NCBI GenBank assembly: GCA_000993405.1
Contig: LBWB01000012.1
Span: forward strand, 37,777-101,776
Origin: Candidatus Woesebacteria bacterium GW2011_GWB1_39_12
Lineage (GTDB): Bacteria; Patescibacteriota; Microgenomatia; UBA8517
DNA: 64,000 bases
Direction of reading: 5' to 3'
This document shows positions 54,478 through 64,000 of this stretch, in pieces. A program made the translations under genes and the position numbers. Under the pieces are notes generated by a model. It was not told the DNA's origin, did not search any database, and was given only the letters and a program-made list of their open reading frames with translations. Position 1 is the first letter of the stretch, and every line of letters starts with the position of its first letter.

Positions 54478-55113
54478 ATGAACGAACTAACAATGAACTT
54501 TTTACGATTGGGGGTGATAAATATGAGTTTAATTTGGATCTTAATAATTGCATTGGTAATCGTAATTGGTTGGGTTATTTCTATCTATAACTTTTTCGTA
54601 TCCAGTAAAGCTAGAATTAAAGCAGCTGTTCAGGAAATAGGAAACCAACTCAAAAGACAAGCCGATCTTATTCCGAATCTTGAGTCTTCTACTAAAGGCT
54701 ACCTTACGCACGAAAAAGGTGTTTATGAAAAACTGACGGAAGCAAGGAAAGCAATTGCAGGTGCAATAAAGTCCGGTGATGTTCAGAAGATGGCAGATGC
54801 AGGAGCAAAGCTTGCGTCTTTAATACCCAATATCCAGGTATTGGTTGAAAGTAATCCTGAGTTGAAAGCCTCAAATGTCGTGGCAAAATTAATGGACGAG
54901 CTAAGAGATACCGCTGACAAAGTGATGTTTTCAAGAAGGTTAGTAATAGATTTAACGGCCGATTACAACGTAAAAAGGGTTAGTGTTCCATCAAATATTG
55001 TAGCCAACATGTTTAAGTTTGAGGAGCAACCGGGGCTCATTACTCCTGAAAAAGGTGAACACGTAGAGGTTGGAGGTGAAGAACTTAAGACACCTAAGGT
55101 AGATTTAGGGTAA
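54478..55113 (+). CDS. lemA: LemA family protein
   Basis: N-terminal TM plus YNFFVSSKARIKAAVQEIGNQLKRQADLIPNL, typical of LemA. Confidence 0.7.
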   Translation: MNELTMNFLRLGVINMSLIWILIIALVIVIGWVISIYNFFVSSKARIKAAVQEIGNQLKRQADLIPNLESSTKGYLTHEKGVYEKLTEARKAIAGAIKSGDVQKMADAGAKLASLIPNIQVLVESNPELKASNVVAKLMDELRDTADKVMFSRRLVIDLTADYNVKRVSVPSNIVANMFKFEEQPGLITPEKGEHVEVGGEELKTPKVDLG

Positions 55114-55217
55114 GTAATTGGGTAACGGTTATGATGCCCGTTTCGGATACGTCAGTCGGTTACGTTACCATTACCGTAATACAATACGGGCTTCTTAGCC
55201 CTAACCGTAAAACATTT

Positions 55218-56147
55218 ATGCAGAATATCTATGAAGCTCAGGCTTCTAATAAACGTAAAAGTGCTTTAATTCTTGTACTTTTTCTTCTTTTTACTGCGCT
55301 TGTTATATATGTTTTATCACAGGCCTTTGTAGTCTATTTAGGCTATGAACCGGGAGGTTTAGGATTTGTTGGTCTTGCTTTGATAATATCGGGATTAATG
55401 AGTTTTGGAAGCTATTGGTATTCTGACAAGATTGTACTTACAATTTCAGGTGCAAGGCCAGCGAAAAGAGAAACCGAATTCAATTTTTATACCGCTGCAG
55501 AAAACCTGTCAATAGCCGCTGGTATTCCCAAGCCAAAGCTGTATGTCATCGAAGATTCGGCTCCAAACGCATTTGCTACAGGTCGGGATCCCGAACATGC
55601 CGTAGTCTGCGCCACATCTGGTCTTTTACAAAAACTCAATAGGACTGAACTTGAGAGTGTAATAGCCCACGAACTTTCCCATATAAAAAATTACGATATA
55701 AGGCTTATGACTATAGTTACCGTACTGGTTGGGACAATAGCCCTTCTTGCCGACTGGTTTTTCAGAATAGGCTGGCATTCGAGGGGTGGTAGGGATAGAG
55801 ACAGAGGTCAAATAGGAGCCATTTTTCTGGTTTTAGGGATAATCTTTGCGATTCTCTCGCCCTTCATCGCGCAACTTATTCAACTTGCAATATCGCGAAG
55901 ACGCGAATTTACTGCTGATGCAGGGTCTGTTGCAATTACCAGGCAACCTACCGGCCTGATTGCTGCATTAGAAAAAATTTCAGAGGATCATGAAGCCTTA
56001 GAGGCTGCCAACAAAGCCACTGCTCACCTTTACATAGTGAATCCTTTTAAAGATAAGATTAAAGGAGGAATAGGTTTGTTTTCGAATCTTTTCAACACGC
56101 ACCCTCCATTGGGAGAGAGAATAAAAATTTTAAGACAGATGTCTTAA
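55218..56147 (+). CDS. htpX: zinc metalloprotease HtpX (M48)
   Basis: HELSHIKNYD (HExxH), 4 TM helices, and a C-terminal NTHPPLGERI. The ATG at 55218 is preferred. Confidence 0.8.
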   Translation: MQNIYEAQASNKRKSALILVLFLLFTALVIYVLSQAFVVYLGYEPGGLGFVGLALIISGLMSFGSYWYSDKIVLTISGARPAKRETEFNFYTAAENLSIAAGIPKPKLYVIEDSAPNAFATGRDPEHAVVCATSGLLQKLNRTELESVIAHELSHIKNYDIRLMTIVTVLVGTIALLADWFFRIGWHSRGGRDRDRGQIGAIFLVLGIIFAILSPFIAQLIQLAISRRREFTADAGSVAITRQPTGLIAALEKISEDHEALEAANKATAHLYIVNPFKDKIKGGIGLFSNLFNTHPPLGERIKILRQMS

Positions 56148-56494
56148 CGTGTAACCAGTAAGAAAAATTTACGAAGGGCTACAAATGTAGTCCCCCAGAT
56201 CATAGGAAGCCATAAAGGCGTCGTTATTAGATTCAAAATATCAACTTCAGGCGCCCATCCGGAAAAAGTCAAACCATTCGCAATTATCGGAATCGCCGCC
56301 CCTAGCCAAAACCATAAAAAGTCTTTTTTCTCTCTCAGGAAAGTAAAATAAAAAAGTACAATTGTTATTGAGAAAATGTTAATTATATTTAGCTCAGGCC
56401 GAAGATAGGTAATAAGGAAAAGCCAGGTAAAATAAAGTACATAGAACATGGTTATTAAAGTTTCTTTTTTCATAAGATATTCGTCTAATGGCAA
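56144..56494 (-). CDS. hypothetical membrane protein (3-4 TM)
   Basis: Hydrophobic 116-aa ORF. Confidence 0.4.
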   Translation of the reverse strand: MPLDEYLMKKETLITMFYVLYFTWLFLITYLRPELNIINIFSITIVLFYFTFLREKKDFLWFWLGAAIPIIANGLTFSGWAPEVDILNLITTPLWLPMIWGTTFVALRKFFLLVTR

Positions 56495-56497
56495 GGG

Positions 56498-56920
56498 CTA
56501 TGAAGCCCGTATCGTATAACGGTTAGGTCTTTCGTCTTTTTTAAATTGTTTCCATGCGTTGGCTAATTTATATAACTGCCTCCCTGATTTATCATATACG
56601 TCTACTAGTTTTATGCAAAGTTCTGTTTCAATTTCATATATGTCAATAATTTGTTCTAGACATACCAAAGTTTCGTTACATTCTCCCATCGCATCATCCA
56701 AATATTTCTGGAATCCAGACCTTTGGTGTCTTTTTGCATATCCTTCTGCAATTAATCTTGGAATAGCCTTTGTGGATCTAGATAACTGATCGTATAATAT
56801 ATACCTTTCCTTTTCTGGAAGTTTAGGTAAAATTTTCTTATGTACAATAATACAAGCTTCATAAGTATTTTGGTAAACTTCAAGATCTTTAAAAGAAGTT
56901 ATGGGCTTTTTATTGATCAT
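56498..56920 (-). CDS. four-helix-bundle protein (TIGR02436 family, formerly the 23S rRNA intervening-sequence protein)
   Basis: FKDLEVYQ...LPKLPEKERYIL.DQLSRSTKAIPRLIAEG. Confidence 0.65.
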   Translation of the reverse strand: MINKKPITSFKDLEVYQNTYEACIIVHKKILPKLPEKERYILYDQLSRSTKAIPRLIAEGYAKRHQRSGFQKYLDDAMGECNETLVCLEQIIDIYEIETELCIKLVDVYDKSGRQLYKLANAWKQFKKDERPNRYTIRAS

Positions 56921-57125
56921 TTTAATAATAAGAATAATCTGCTAGGCCCATTTCTTAATACCCTTACTACCTTACCTCTTTACGAAACGGGCTCCTTTAC
57001 CGTGGCCGTAACCTTTGTTCCAGTTTAGCAGATTTGACAATAGAAAATCAGATAGTAGAATCAAAATAGCTTCTCACCGAGCCAGAGACTCTCTGAGCCG
57101 GAGGCATAAAACAGAAAAGTTTTTA

Positions 57126-58721
57126 ATGAAAAAAGATATTTTATCAAAAGATCAAATTAAACACATTGCAAAGTTAGCAAACTTGTCTTTAGACGATAAA
57201 GAACTCCAAATTTACACAAGACAACTAGCCTCTGTCCTAAATTATATGGAAATACTTCAAGAGGTGGATACAAAACACGTTCCACCGACTTATCAGGTTT
57301 TAGACAGGACTACAAATATTTATCGCGAAGATGTTGTTGGCGAATGTTTTAGCCAAAAAGAGGCAATTTCTCAAGGCAAAAAAATTTATGAAGGATTCTT
57401 TACTACAAGAAACGTATTTGAAGAAGCAAGAGTTGGAAATAGAACTCTAGAGCCTTCTCAAAGAAAAGTGAACGATAAATATAATGCTATTTTAACTACG
57501 GCTGATCCAAAAGGAGTGGTTGGTCATAAGGATTTGTTTATGACTAAAGGTATTGAGACCACAGCAGGATCCAGGGTTTTAGAAGGTTACATTCCCCAGT
57601 ACAACTCTACCGTTGTATCTAACTTTGAAAAAGCCGGTCTTAAAACTAAATATAAATTAAACCAGGATGCCTGGGGCCATGGATCAAGTGGAGAAAATTC
57701 TGACTTTGGCCCGACAAAAAACCCGTGGAATACCAAGAAAGTTGCGGGCGGATCTTCCAGTGGAAGTGTCGTGGTTGTCGCAACCGGAAAAGTTGATGTG
57801 GCCACGGCTACAGACACCTGTGGTTCAATTCGTATGCCCTCTTCTTACTGTAATGTTTGTGGAATTAAACCCACCTACGGAGCAGTGAGCAGATATGGAG
57901 TTATTGCTTTCGCTAGCAGTTTGGATTGTCCTGGCGTTCTATCTAACTCTGTAGAAAATCTCCAAAAATACTTTGATCTTATTAGTGCTAAAGATTCTCG
58001 TGATGCAACAAGTCAAAGTGAAAGTCGTGAAAAAAAGATGGGCAAATTAAAAAGAATCATAGGCGTTCCCATGGAGTTTTTAGGAGAGGGGATTGACAGT
58101 GAAGTCAAGAAAATTTTTCTCAAAGCTGTAGAAATTTTTAAGAAAGCCAACTACAAAATCATTGATGTGTCTCTGCCTCACACTAAATACGGAATAGCCG
58201 CATATTATATTCTTGCTCCCACAGAAACCGCCAGTAATTTAGCAAGGTATGACGGAGTTCGTTACGGAAATGACAGGAGTTACTTTGGTCCCGAAGCAAA
58301 AAGAAGAATTATGCTCGGGACTTTTGTATCGTCAGCTGGTTATACGGATAGATACTATGAAAAAGCTGCCCGTATCAGAACGCTAATTATTAGAGATCTT
58401 GAAAAAGCATACGACATAGTTGATGCTATTTTGGCTCCTGTTTCACCGATTCCCCCATTTAATATTGGAGAAAAGGTTGATGATCCGCTTCAGCTTTATT
58501 TAATGGATATATATGCAGCTCCAGCCAGCCTCTCCGGCACGCCATCTTTAGCTATACCATGCGGCTTTACTAAAGATGAACTTCCCGTCGGAATGCAGAT
58601 AATGGGACCAAGATGGAGTGAAGAGATGCTATTTGAGCTCGGGGAAGAATATCAAAAAGCTACACAATGGCATAAATTCAGGCCAAACTCAAAAGAAATG
58701 ATTTATGACAAAAACTGGTAA
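57126..58721 (+). CDS. gatCA: fused GatC-GatA: Asp/Glu-tRNA(Asn/Gln) amidotransferase subunit C fused to subunit A
   Basis: GatC-like N-terminus (LSKDQIKHIAKLANLSLDDKEL...) is continuous, with no stop, into the GatA amidase signature (GGSSSGSVVVVATG, Ser-cisSer-Lys triad region). The ATG at 57126 is preferred. Confidence 0.7.
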   Translation: MKKDILSKDQIKHIAKLANLSLDDKELQIYTRQLASVLNYMEILQEVDTKHVPPTYQVLDRTTNIYREDVVGECFSQKEAISQGKKIYEGFFTTRNVFEEARVGNRTLEPSQRKVNDKYNAILTTADPKGVVGHKDLFMTKGIETTAGSRVLEGYIPQYNSTVVSNFEKAGLKTKYKLNQDAWGHGSSGENSDFGPTKNPWNTKKVAGGSSSGSVVVVATGKVDVATATDTCGSIRMPSSYCNVCGIKPTYGAVSRYGVIAFASSLDCPGVLSNSVENLQKYFDLISAKDSRDATSQSESREKKMGKLKRIIGVPMEFLGEGIDSEVKKIFLKAVEIFKKANYKIIDVSLPHTKYGIAAYYILAPTETASNLARYDGVRYGNDRSYFGPEAKRRIMLGTFVSSAGYTDRYYEKAARIRTLIIRDLEKAYDIVDAILAPVSPIPPFNIGEKVDDPLQLYLMDIYAAPASLSGTPSLAIPCGFTKDELPVGMQIMGPRWSEEMLFELGEEYQKATQWHKFRPNSKEMIYDKNW

Positions 58722-60012
58722 TTACAATCCAACCATCGGAATGGAGACGCATGTGGAATTGAGAACGAATTCCAAGATGTTTTGCGGTTGCCCGGCCGAC
58801 CATTTCGGCAAAAAGCCAAATACTCAAACGTGTCCGGTCTGCCTAGGCTTGCCAGGCGCACTCCCTGTACCAAATAAACGAGCCATTGAATGGTGCATAG
58901 TTGCCGGCCTTGCTTTAAACTGCAAAATTAATAAGGCGAGCAAATTTGACAGGAAGCACTATTTTTACCCTGACCTACCCAAAGGTTATCAAATAAGTCA
59001 ATATGACGAACCTATTGCGATTAACGGCTTCTTAGATACTTCTTTTGGAAGGATAGGAATTGAAAGAGTTCATATAGAAGAAGATACCGGAAAACTTCAA
59101 CACAAAAAAATAAACGGAGAGAATTTAACCTTGGTTGACTTTAACAGATGTGGGGTTCCTCTTATCGAAATAGTTACAAAGCCCGATATACACTCCGGTG
59201 CCCAAGCAAAGGATTTCGAACAAAAGCTGCAGCAAATTATAAGGACTTTGAAAGTTTCGGACTGTGATATGGAAAAGGGGTCTATGAGATTGGAGGCAAA
59301 TATTTCCTGGGGGCTTGACTGGGGTTATAAAGTTGAAGTAAAAAATTTAAACTCTTTCAGATTCGTGGATAAAGCTATTGAGTACGAATTGAAACGCCAA
59401 AGACAGATTTTAGAAAAAGGGGAAATTCCTAATCAGGAAACACGGGGATGGGATGAGAATAAAAACGTAACAGTGAGCCAGCGATTTAAGGAAACCGCTT
59501 CGGATTACAGGTATTTTCCCGAGCCGGATATTCCTCCGATGGAATTCACTGATACGTTTATTGCCGAAATTAAGAAAAAAATTCCCAAGCTGCCTGCTGA
59601 AAAAAAAGCTAAACTCATAGAAACTTACAAAGTAAGAGGCTCCTACGCAGAAATAATTGTTTCCCAGGAAGGTCTTCTTGAACTGGCAGAGAAAGTATTC
59701 GACATTGGGAAGACAAAAGGTCTTGAGGCGGACGCTTTGGCAGGCATTCTGGTAAATCAGAAGATTAAAGCAGACACTACTCCGGAGAAAGTCCTGAAGT
59801 TAGTGAAAGTCAAAAAGGAAAGAGTCGGAGATATAGGCGAGGTTACCAAGTGGGTAGACGCTGCGATAATCGCCATGCCGAGTGCTATTTCTGACTATAA
59901 AAAGGGTAAAGTCAATGCAATAATGGCTGTTGTAGGGAGGGTTATGCAGTTGAGCCGCGGCAAGGCAAACCCGGACATTGTCAAAAAACTTCTGGAAGAT
60001 AGGCTGAAATGA
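58705..60012 (+). CDS. gatB: Asp/Glu-tRNA amidotransferase subunit B
   Basis: MTKTGNYNPTIGMETHVEL...CGCPADHFG... matches the GatB N-terminus. Confidence 0.85.
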   Translation: MTKTGNYNPTIGMETHVELRTNSKMFCGCPADHFGKKPNTQTCPVCLGLPGALPVPNKRAIEWCIVAGLALNCKINKASKFDRKHYFYPDLPKGYQISQYDEPIAINGFLDTSFGRIGIERVHIEEDTGKLQHKKINGENLTLVDFNRCGVPLIEIVTKPDIHSGAQAKDFEQKLQQIIRTLKVSDCDMEKGSMRLEANISWGLDWGYKVEVKNLNSFRFVDKAIEYELKRQRQILEKGEIPNQETRGWDENKNVTVSQRFKETASDYRYFPEPDIPPMEFTDTFIAEIKKKIPKLPAEKKAKLIETYKVRGSYAEIIVSQEGLLELAEKVFDIGKTKGLEADALAGILVNQKIKADTTPEKVLKLVKVKKERVGDIGEVTKWVDAAIIAMPSAISDYKKGKVNAIMAVVGRVMQLSRGKANPDIVKKLLEDRLK

Positions 60013-61277
60013 TAAATGATGAAGGGAAACTTCTTACTAACATTCGTTTTTGGTATATTTGGATCTCCCAAATATTTTCCCAATTTACCTTAAGCATTTT
60101 GAATTTCGCACTTCTTTTTACGCTTTTTGAAAAAACCGGATCGACTATAGCCACTAGTTTTCTGTGGATTGCTTATGCGCTTCCAGCACTTTTAATCGGA
60201 CCTTTTGCTTCTGCCGCGGTTGACATTTTCGACAGGCGCCGTATGTTAATTTTGACTAATCTATTTCAGTCTATTTTAATTATTTCTTATGCAATTCTGG
60301 CCAACAGCAGTTCATTCTATGTATACACCGTTGTCCTTATATATTCTTCTATAAACCAGTTTTATGTACCCAGTGAATTTGCAACTTTACCTCACGTTGT
60401 CAGTAAAAACTTGTTGGCGCAAGCGAATGGACTTTTTTTAATTACCCAGCAAGGTTCACTAATTTTAGGCTTTGGTATTGCGGGAGTGATTTTGAGTGCA
60501 TTTGGATTCAGAGATACTCTTATATTTTGCGGAATGCTGCTTTTTGTCGCTTTTATTTCAACATGTTTCTTGCCTAAAATGAAGCCAGCGCAAAAAATTC
60601 CTAAAGAGTTTGAAAAAGGCCTTATGATTTTTTTTGAAAATATCGTATCCGGAGTACGTTTCATAATCGAAAATAAGTATGTCTTAGCACCCTTTCTTAT
60701 TTTGGTTAGTATGCAAATTTCTTTAGCCATAACGGTAGTAAATGCTCCTGCAATCGCACAGGACATTGTCAGAGTCCCTCTTGCCTATGCGGGGACATAT
60801 TTGGTTGTTCCGGGAGGAATAGGCGCGGCTCTGGCATCAATTGTTATTCCAAGATTGCTTAATCTGGGTATCAGAAAAATAAAAATAATTAAATCTTCAC
60901 TTCTGGTTATGATTTTCTCGCTTTTCCTTGTGGTATTTATGTTTTCGGAATTAGCATACGTTTTGAGAATTTTGGGATCCTTATTGGCGCTTATTACAAT
61001 AGGATTTTCATATGTAGGAATAATAATTCCTTCGCAAACTTTTTTGCAGCAAAAGACGCCTTTTGATTTGAGGGGAAGAGTTTTCGGGAACTATTGGTTT
61101 CTGGTTACTGTTTTGTCGGTTTTTCCGGTAATTTTGTCTGGAACTGTGTCGGAAATTTTAGGTGCTCGTTCATTAATGTTTGTACTGATTTTAGCAGTTT
61201 TGGCACTATTCCTGTTTTTGAAAGACAGAGAGAAAAGATATCTTTTGCCTGAAAACGGAGACGGCAACAGGCTATAA
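60009..61277 (+). CDS. MFS transporter
   Basis: 12 TM helices, with the D-R/K-x-G-R-R-like loop FDRRRM. Confidence 0.65.
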   Translation: MINDEGKLLTNIRFWYIWISQIFSQFTLSILNFALLFTLFEKTGSTIATSFLWIAYALPALLIGPFASAAVDIFDRRRMLILTNLFQSILIISYAILANSSSFYVYTVVLIYSSINQFYVPSEFATLPHVVSKNLLAQANGLFLITQQGSLILGFGIAGVILSAFGFRDTLIFCGMLLFVAFISTCFLPKMKPAQKIPKEFEKGLMIFFENIVSGVRFIIENKYVLAPFLILVSMQISLAITVVNAPAIAQDIVRVPLAYAGTYLVVPGGIGAALASIVIPRLLNLGIRKIKIIKSSLLVMIFSLFLVVFMFSELAYVLRILGSLLALITIGFSYVGIIIPSQTFLQQKTPFDLRGRVFGNYWFLVTVLSVFPVILSGTVSEILGARSLMFVLILAVLALFLFLKDREKRYLLPENGDGNRL

Positions 61278-61291
61278 TGTAAAAGCGTTAT

Positions 61292-62053
61292 ATGTCAGAA
61301 GATCCACAACCCATAAATACAGAATTCTCAGCTGCCGAAGTACACTCAAAGGTTGAAGAACTAAGTGGAATGGGAAAGGAACAAGTAGCCTTGCATGTAC
61401 TCGAGGTAGAATTTGAAAACATGAAGCTAAGAAGACAGGCCTACTATGATACAGCATTAACCTTTTTGCTTAATAAGACAGGTTTAATTGAGGAACTAGA
61501 CGCTATTGAGGTTTCTTCTGAAAAGTCTGTCCAAGTTGAGGGCGAACAAAGAGGTAGCAGTGATATCGGTTATATTGTTGCAGATGCGGTAGATCTTCAC
61601 TTGGTGAATAATACCTATGGCCAGGATGCGGGAGATCTATATTTGCTGGATATAGCAAGTACTGCGTCTCTAATTGCCAGAAGAGAGAACGATTTAGTTA
61701 CAACTGTTAAGATACCCTCTTCAGCTTCACGGCCCGGAATTGCGGCTAGGGGAGGAGCACGGTCTGATGAGTTTGTAGTTGTTAACTCCGGTGTTGATCG
61801 GGAGGGACTTGATGAGCGTGTCGGAATTTGGGAAAGGATTTTAAAGGAGAGGGAGACTGAGGCACAAAAGAGATATCCGGGAATCAAATACAGCTTGAGT
61901 ATTGTAAAGACCTTGAGGCGTCCCGGTGAAAAGGTAACAGACGGTTTTGTAAGGGCTATGAGTAGTTTACACATAGCTAAGGAGGAGAGGAAGAGTAGAG
62001 AAGGTCAAGATCAAACTAAGGATGAATTGCCCGCCGGGGGTATTTGGGTATAG
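61292..62053 (+). CDS. hypothetical protein (253 aa, acidic, GC-richer than its neighbours)
   Basis: ORF only, with no motifs recognised. Confidence 0.4.
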   Translation: MSEDPQPINTEFSAAEVHSKVEELSGMGKEQVALHVLEVEFENMKLRRQAYYDTALTFLLNKTGLIEELDAIEVSSEKSVQVEGEQRGSSDIGYIVADAVDLHLVNNTYGQDAGDLYLLDIASTASLIARRENDLVTTVKIPSSASRPGIAARGGARSDEFVVVNSGVDREGLDERVGIWERILKERETEAQKRYPGIKYSLSIVKTLRRPGEKVTDGFVRAMSSLHIAKEERKSREGQDQTKDELPAGGIWV

Positions 62054-62078
62054 TAAGCACTTAGGAAAGATTAAGAAT

Positions 62079-64000
62079 ATGGCAAAAAATTTTGTCCATC
62101 TACATGTTCATAGCGAATACTCGCTTCTTGATGGCCTATCAAGAATTGGCAAAATGATTACCCATATAAAAACTCTGGGAATGGATGCACTTGCTATAAC
62201 AGATCACGGCGTAATGTACGGAGCGGTAGAATTCTATAAAAAGTGTACAAAGGAAGGCATAAAACCGATTATCGGAATGGAGGGTTATATTTCGAATGAA
62301 GATCACAGAACCAGGCCAGAAAGATCAAAACTTAAAAACTATCACTTAGTTCTTTTAGCAAAAGATAATGAAGGCTACCAAAACCTCATGAGGTTAACTT
62401 CAATCGCCCACCTCGAAGGCTACTACTATCGGCCAAGATTTGATAAGGACGTTCTTAGAAAATATTCAAAAGGCCTTATTTGTACATCGGCTTGTCCTTT
62501 AGGAGAAGTAGGACAATTATTAATAAATAATAACTATGGCGTAGCTAAAGAGACTGTCAAATGGTATTTGGACCTTTTCGGGAAAGATTATTACTTAGAA
62601 GTCCAAAGACATGAACCTGAAAAGTTTATTGCTAAAGCGGAAAGTGCTGAAATAAAAAGTTTTCTCAGAGAGCAAGCAGAAACCGAAAATAAGGTTAATC
62701 AAGGAGTATTAAAATTAAGCCGAGAATTAGGGATACCTATAATTGCAACAAATGATACCCATTATGTAAAAAGGGAGGACGCACCGGCTCAGGATGCATT
62801 GGTCTGTATTTCAACCGGGAAAAATGTAAGTGACCTCAAAAGATTAAGATACATTGATTCCCCGACCTTTTATCTCAAATCGCCTCAAGAAATGACCGAC
62901 CTTTTCCGGGATCTGCCTGATGCAATTAAGAATACTGTTAAAATAGGAGACAAGTGTGAAATTACTATTACTCTGGATAAATGGTATTTTCCCAAATTCG
63001 ATCTACCTAAAGGTAAAACTCCGGACAAAGAACTAGAAGAAAAAAGCTGGGAGGGGTTGGAGAAAAGGCTGAAAAAGATTACTTCTGAGGTAAAAGAGCG
63101 TCTCAACTATGAACTCGATATTATTAAACAAAAAGGCTATTCTACCTACTTTCTTATAGTCTCTGATATATCAGACTGGTGTAATGCTAATAAAATAATT
63201 ACAAATACAAGAGGTTCCACCGCAGGAAGCTTGGTTGCATATGCACTCGGTATAGTTAATATTAACCCTCTTGACTATGAACTTCCTTTCGAGAGATTCC
63301 TTACACCATGGAGGCCCTCTCCACCCGATATAGACTTCGACATTGCAGACAATAGAAGAGAAGAAGTAATCGAATATATGACGAAAAAATACGGCAGGGA
63401 GCGGTTGGCACAAATTTGTACTTTTGGTAGAATGCTGGCCCGCGGTTCTGTAAGAGACATTGCCAGAGTTTTAGGATTCCCTTACGCAACGGGTGATAGG
63501 ATCTCCAAACTCATTCCCATTGGATCTCAGGGCTTTCCGATGACAATAAGTAATGCTCTCGAAATATCAAGCGACTTAAAAAGGATCTACGAAGATGATA
63601 AAGACGCAAAAAAAATTATAGATCTTGCTAAAGAAGTTGAAGGTAATGCCCGACATATTTCGGTTCATGCCGCCGGCGTTGTTATTGCGCCGGATGATAT
63701 TACCATGTTTACTCCGATACAGCTTGATCCTGAGGGAAAAAAGGTTATCACTCAGTACGACATGGATTCACTAGATCCCAACGTTTCACCTAATGAAGCG
63801 GTCGGACTTCTAAAGTTTGATCTTTTAGGACTTAGAAATCTGTCAATTCTTGGTGAAGCAATTGATGTTGTCAATAAGCTGCACCAGATTGACATAAACC
63901 TAATAAATATACCACTAAACGATAAAAAGACGTTTGAGATGCTCTCACGAGGGGACACTATGGGTGTATTTCAACTTGCAGGCAGCGGAATGACCAGATA
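62079..64000 (+). CDS. dnaE: DNA polymerase III alpha subunit, N-terminal part (3' end lies outside the window)
   Basis: PHP domain FVHLHVHSEYSLLDG, ITDHGVMYGAVEFYK. The reading frame is open to the window end. Confidence 0.85.
   Translation, partial: MAKNFVHLHVHSEYSLLDGLSRIGKMITHIKTLGMDALAITDHGVMYGAVEFYKKCTKEGIKPIIGMEGYISNEDHRTRPERSKLKNYHLVLLAKDNEGYQNLMRLTSIAHLEGYYYRPRFDKDVLRKYSKGLICTSACPLGEVGQLLINNNYGVAKETVKWYLDLFGKDYYLEVQRHEPEKFIAKAESAEIKSFLREQAETENKVNQGVLKLSRELGIPIIATNDTHYVKREDAPAQDALVCISTGKNVSDLKRLRYIDSPTFYLKSPQEMTDLFRDLPDAIKNTVKIGDKCEITITLDKWYFPKFDLPKGKTPDKELEEKSWEGLEKRLKKITSEVKERLNYELDIIKQKGYSTYFLIVSDISDWCNANKIITNTRGSTAGSLVAYALGIVNINPLDYELPFERFLTPWRPSPPDIDFDIADNRREEVIEYMTKKYGRERLAQICTFGRMLARGSVRDIARVLGFPYATGDRISKLIPIGSQGFPMTISNALEISSDLKRIYEDDKDAKKIIDLAKEVEGNARHISVHAAGVVIAPDDITMFTPIQLDPEGKKVITQYDMDSLDPNVSPNEAVGLLKFDLLGLRNLSILGEAIDVVNKLHQIDINLINIPLNDKKTFEMLSRGDTMGVFQLAGSGMTR

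Overview
The window looks like a 64-kb chromosomal segment from a low-GC, small-genome bacterium with short intergenic regions and near-leaderless promoters. That would fit a Patescibacteria/CPR-like lineage, but this is inference only. Core blocks are a murG-ftsQ-ftsA-ftsZ cell-division cluster (1-4.25 kb); a frameshifted ileS, a rodA/ftsW-family gene, rplU, rpmA, parB, lepB and rdgB (23.6-32.1 kb); a cell-surface glycosylation cluster with methyltransferases, GT4, GT2, a flippase, a GT39-like gene, an FkbM-type gene and an O-antigen-ligase-like gene (39.8-47.9 kb); four tRNAs (Val, Thr, Gly, Asp); polX, lemA, htpX, a fused gatC-gatA, gatB, an MFS transporter and the 5' part of dnaE. An accessory region sits between the division cluster and ileS (8.2-23.6 kb). 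It has a NYN-domain gene, an MmeI-like Type IIL restriction-modification gene, and an overlapping pair encoding an HTH protein and an Mrr-like nuclease. After these comes a ~10-kb array of about 17 small gene units. Each unit is followed, directly after its stop codon, by a conserved CTYCAAATTTGACCCCA-type motif. The core of the motif is a 10-bp palindrome, TCAAATTTGA. Four units carry a 68-nt long form in which a ~48-nt insert splits the palindrome. Cargo in the array includes a GNAT, a standalone Cas4-like nuclease, a BrnT/BrnA pair, a cupin, an HD hydrolase, an RBBP9-like hydrolase, secreted metalloproteases and duplicated small ORFs. This looks like an integron-like cassette array, but no integrase lies in the window. 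I regard it as the most novel feature here.
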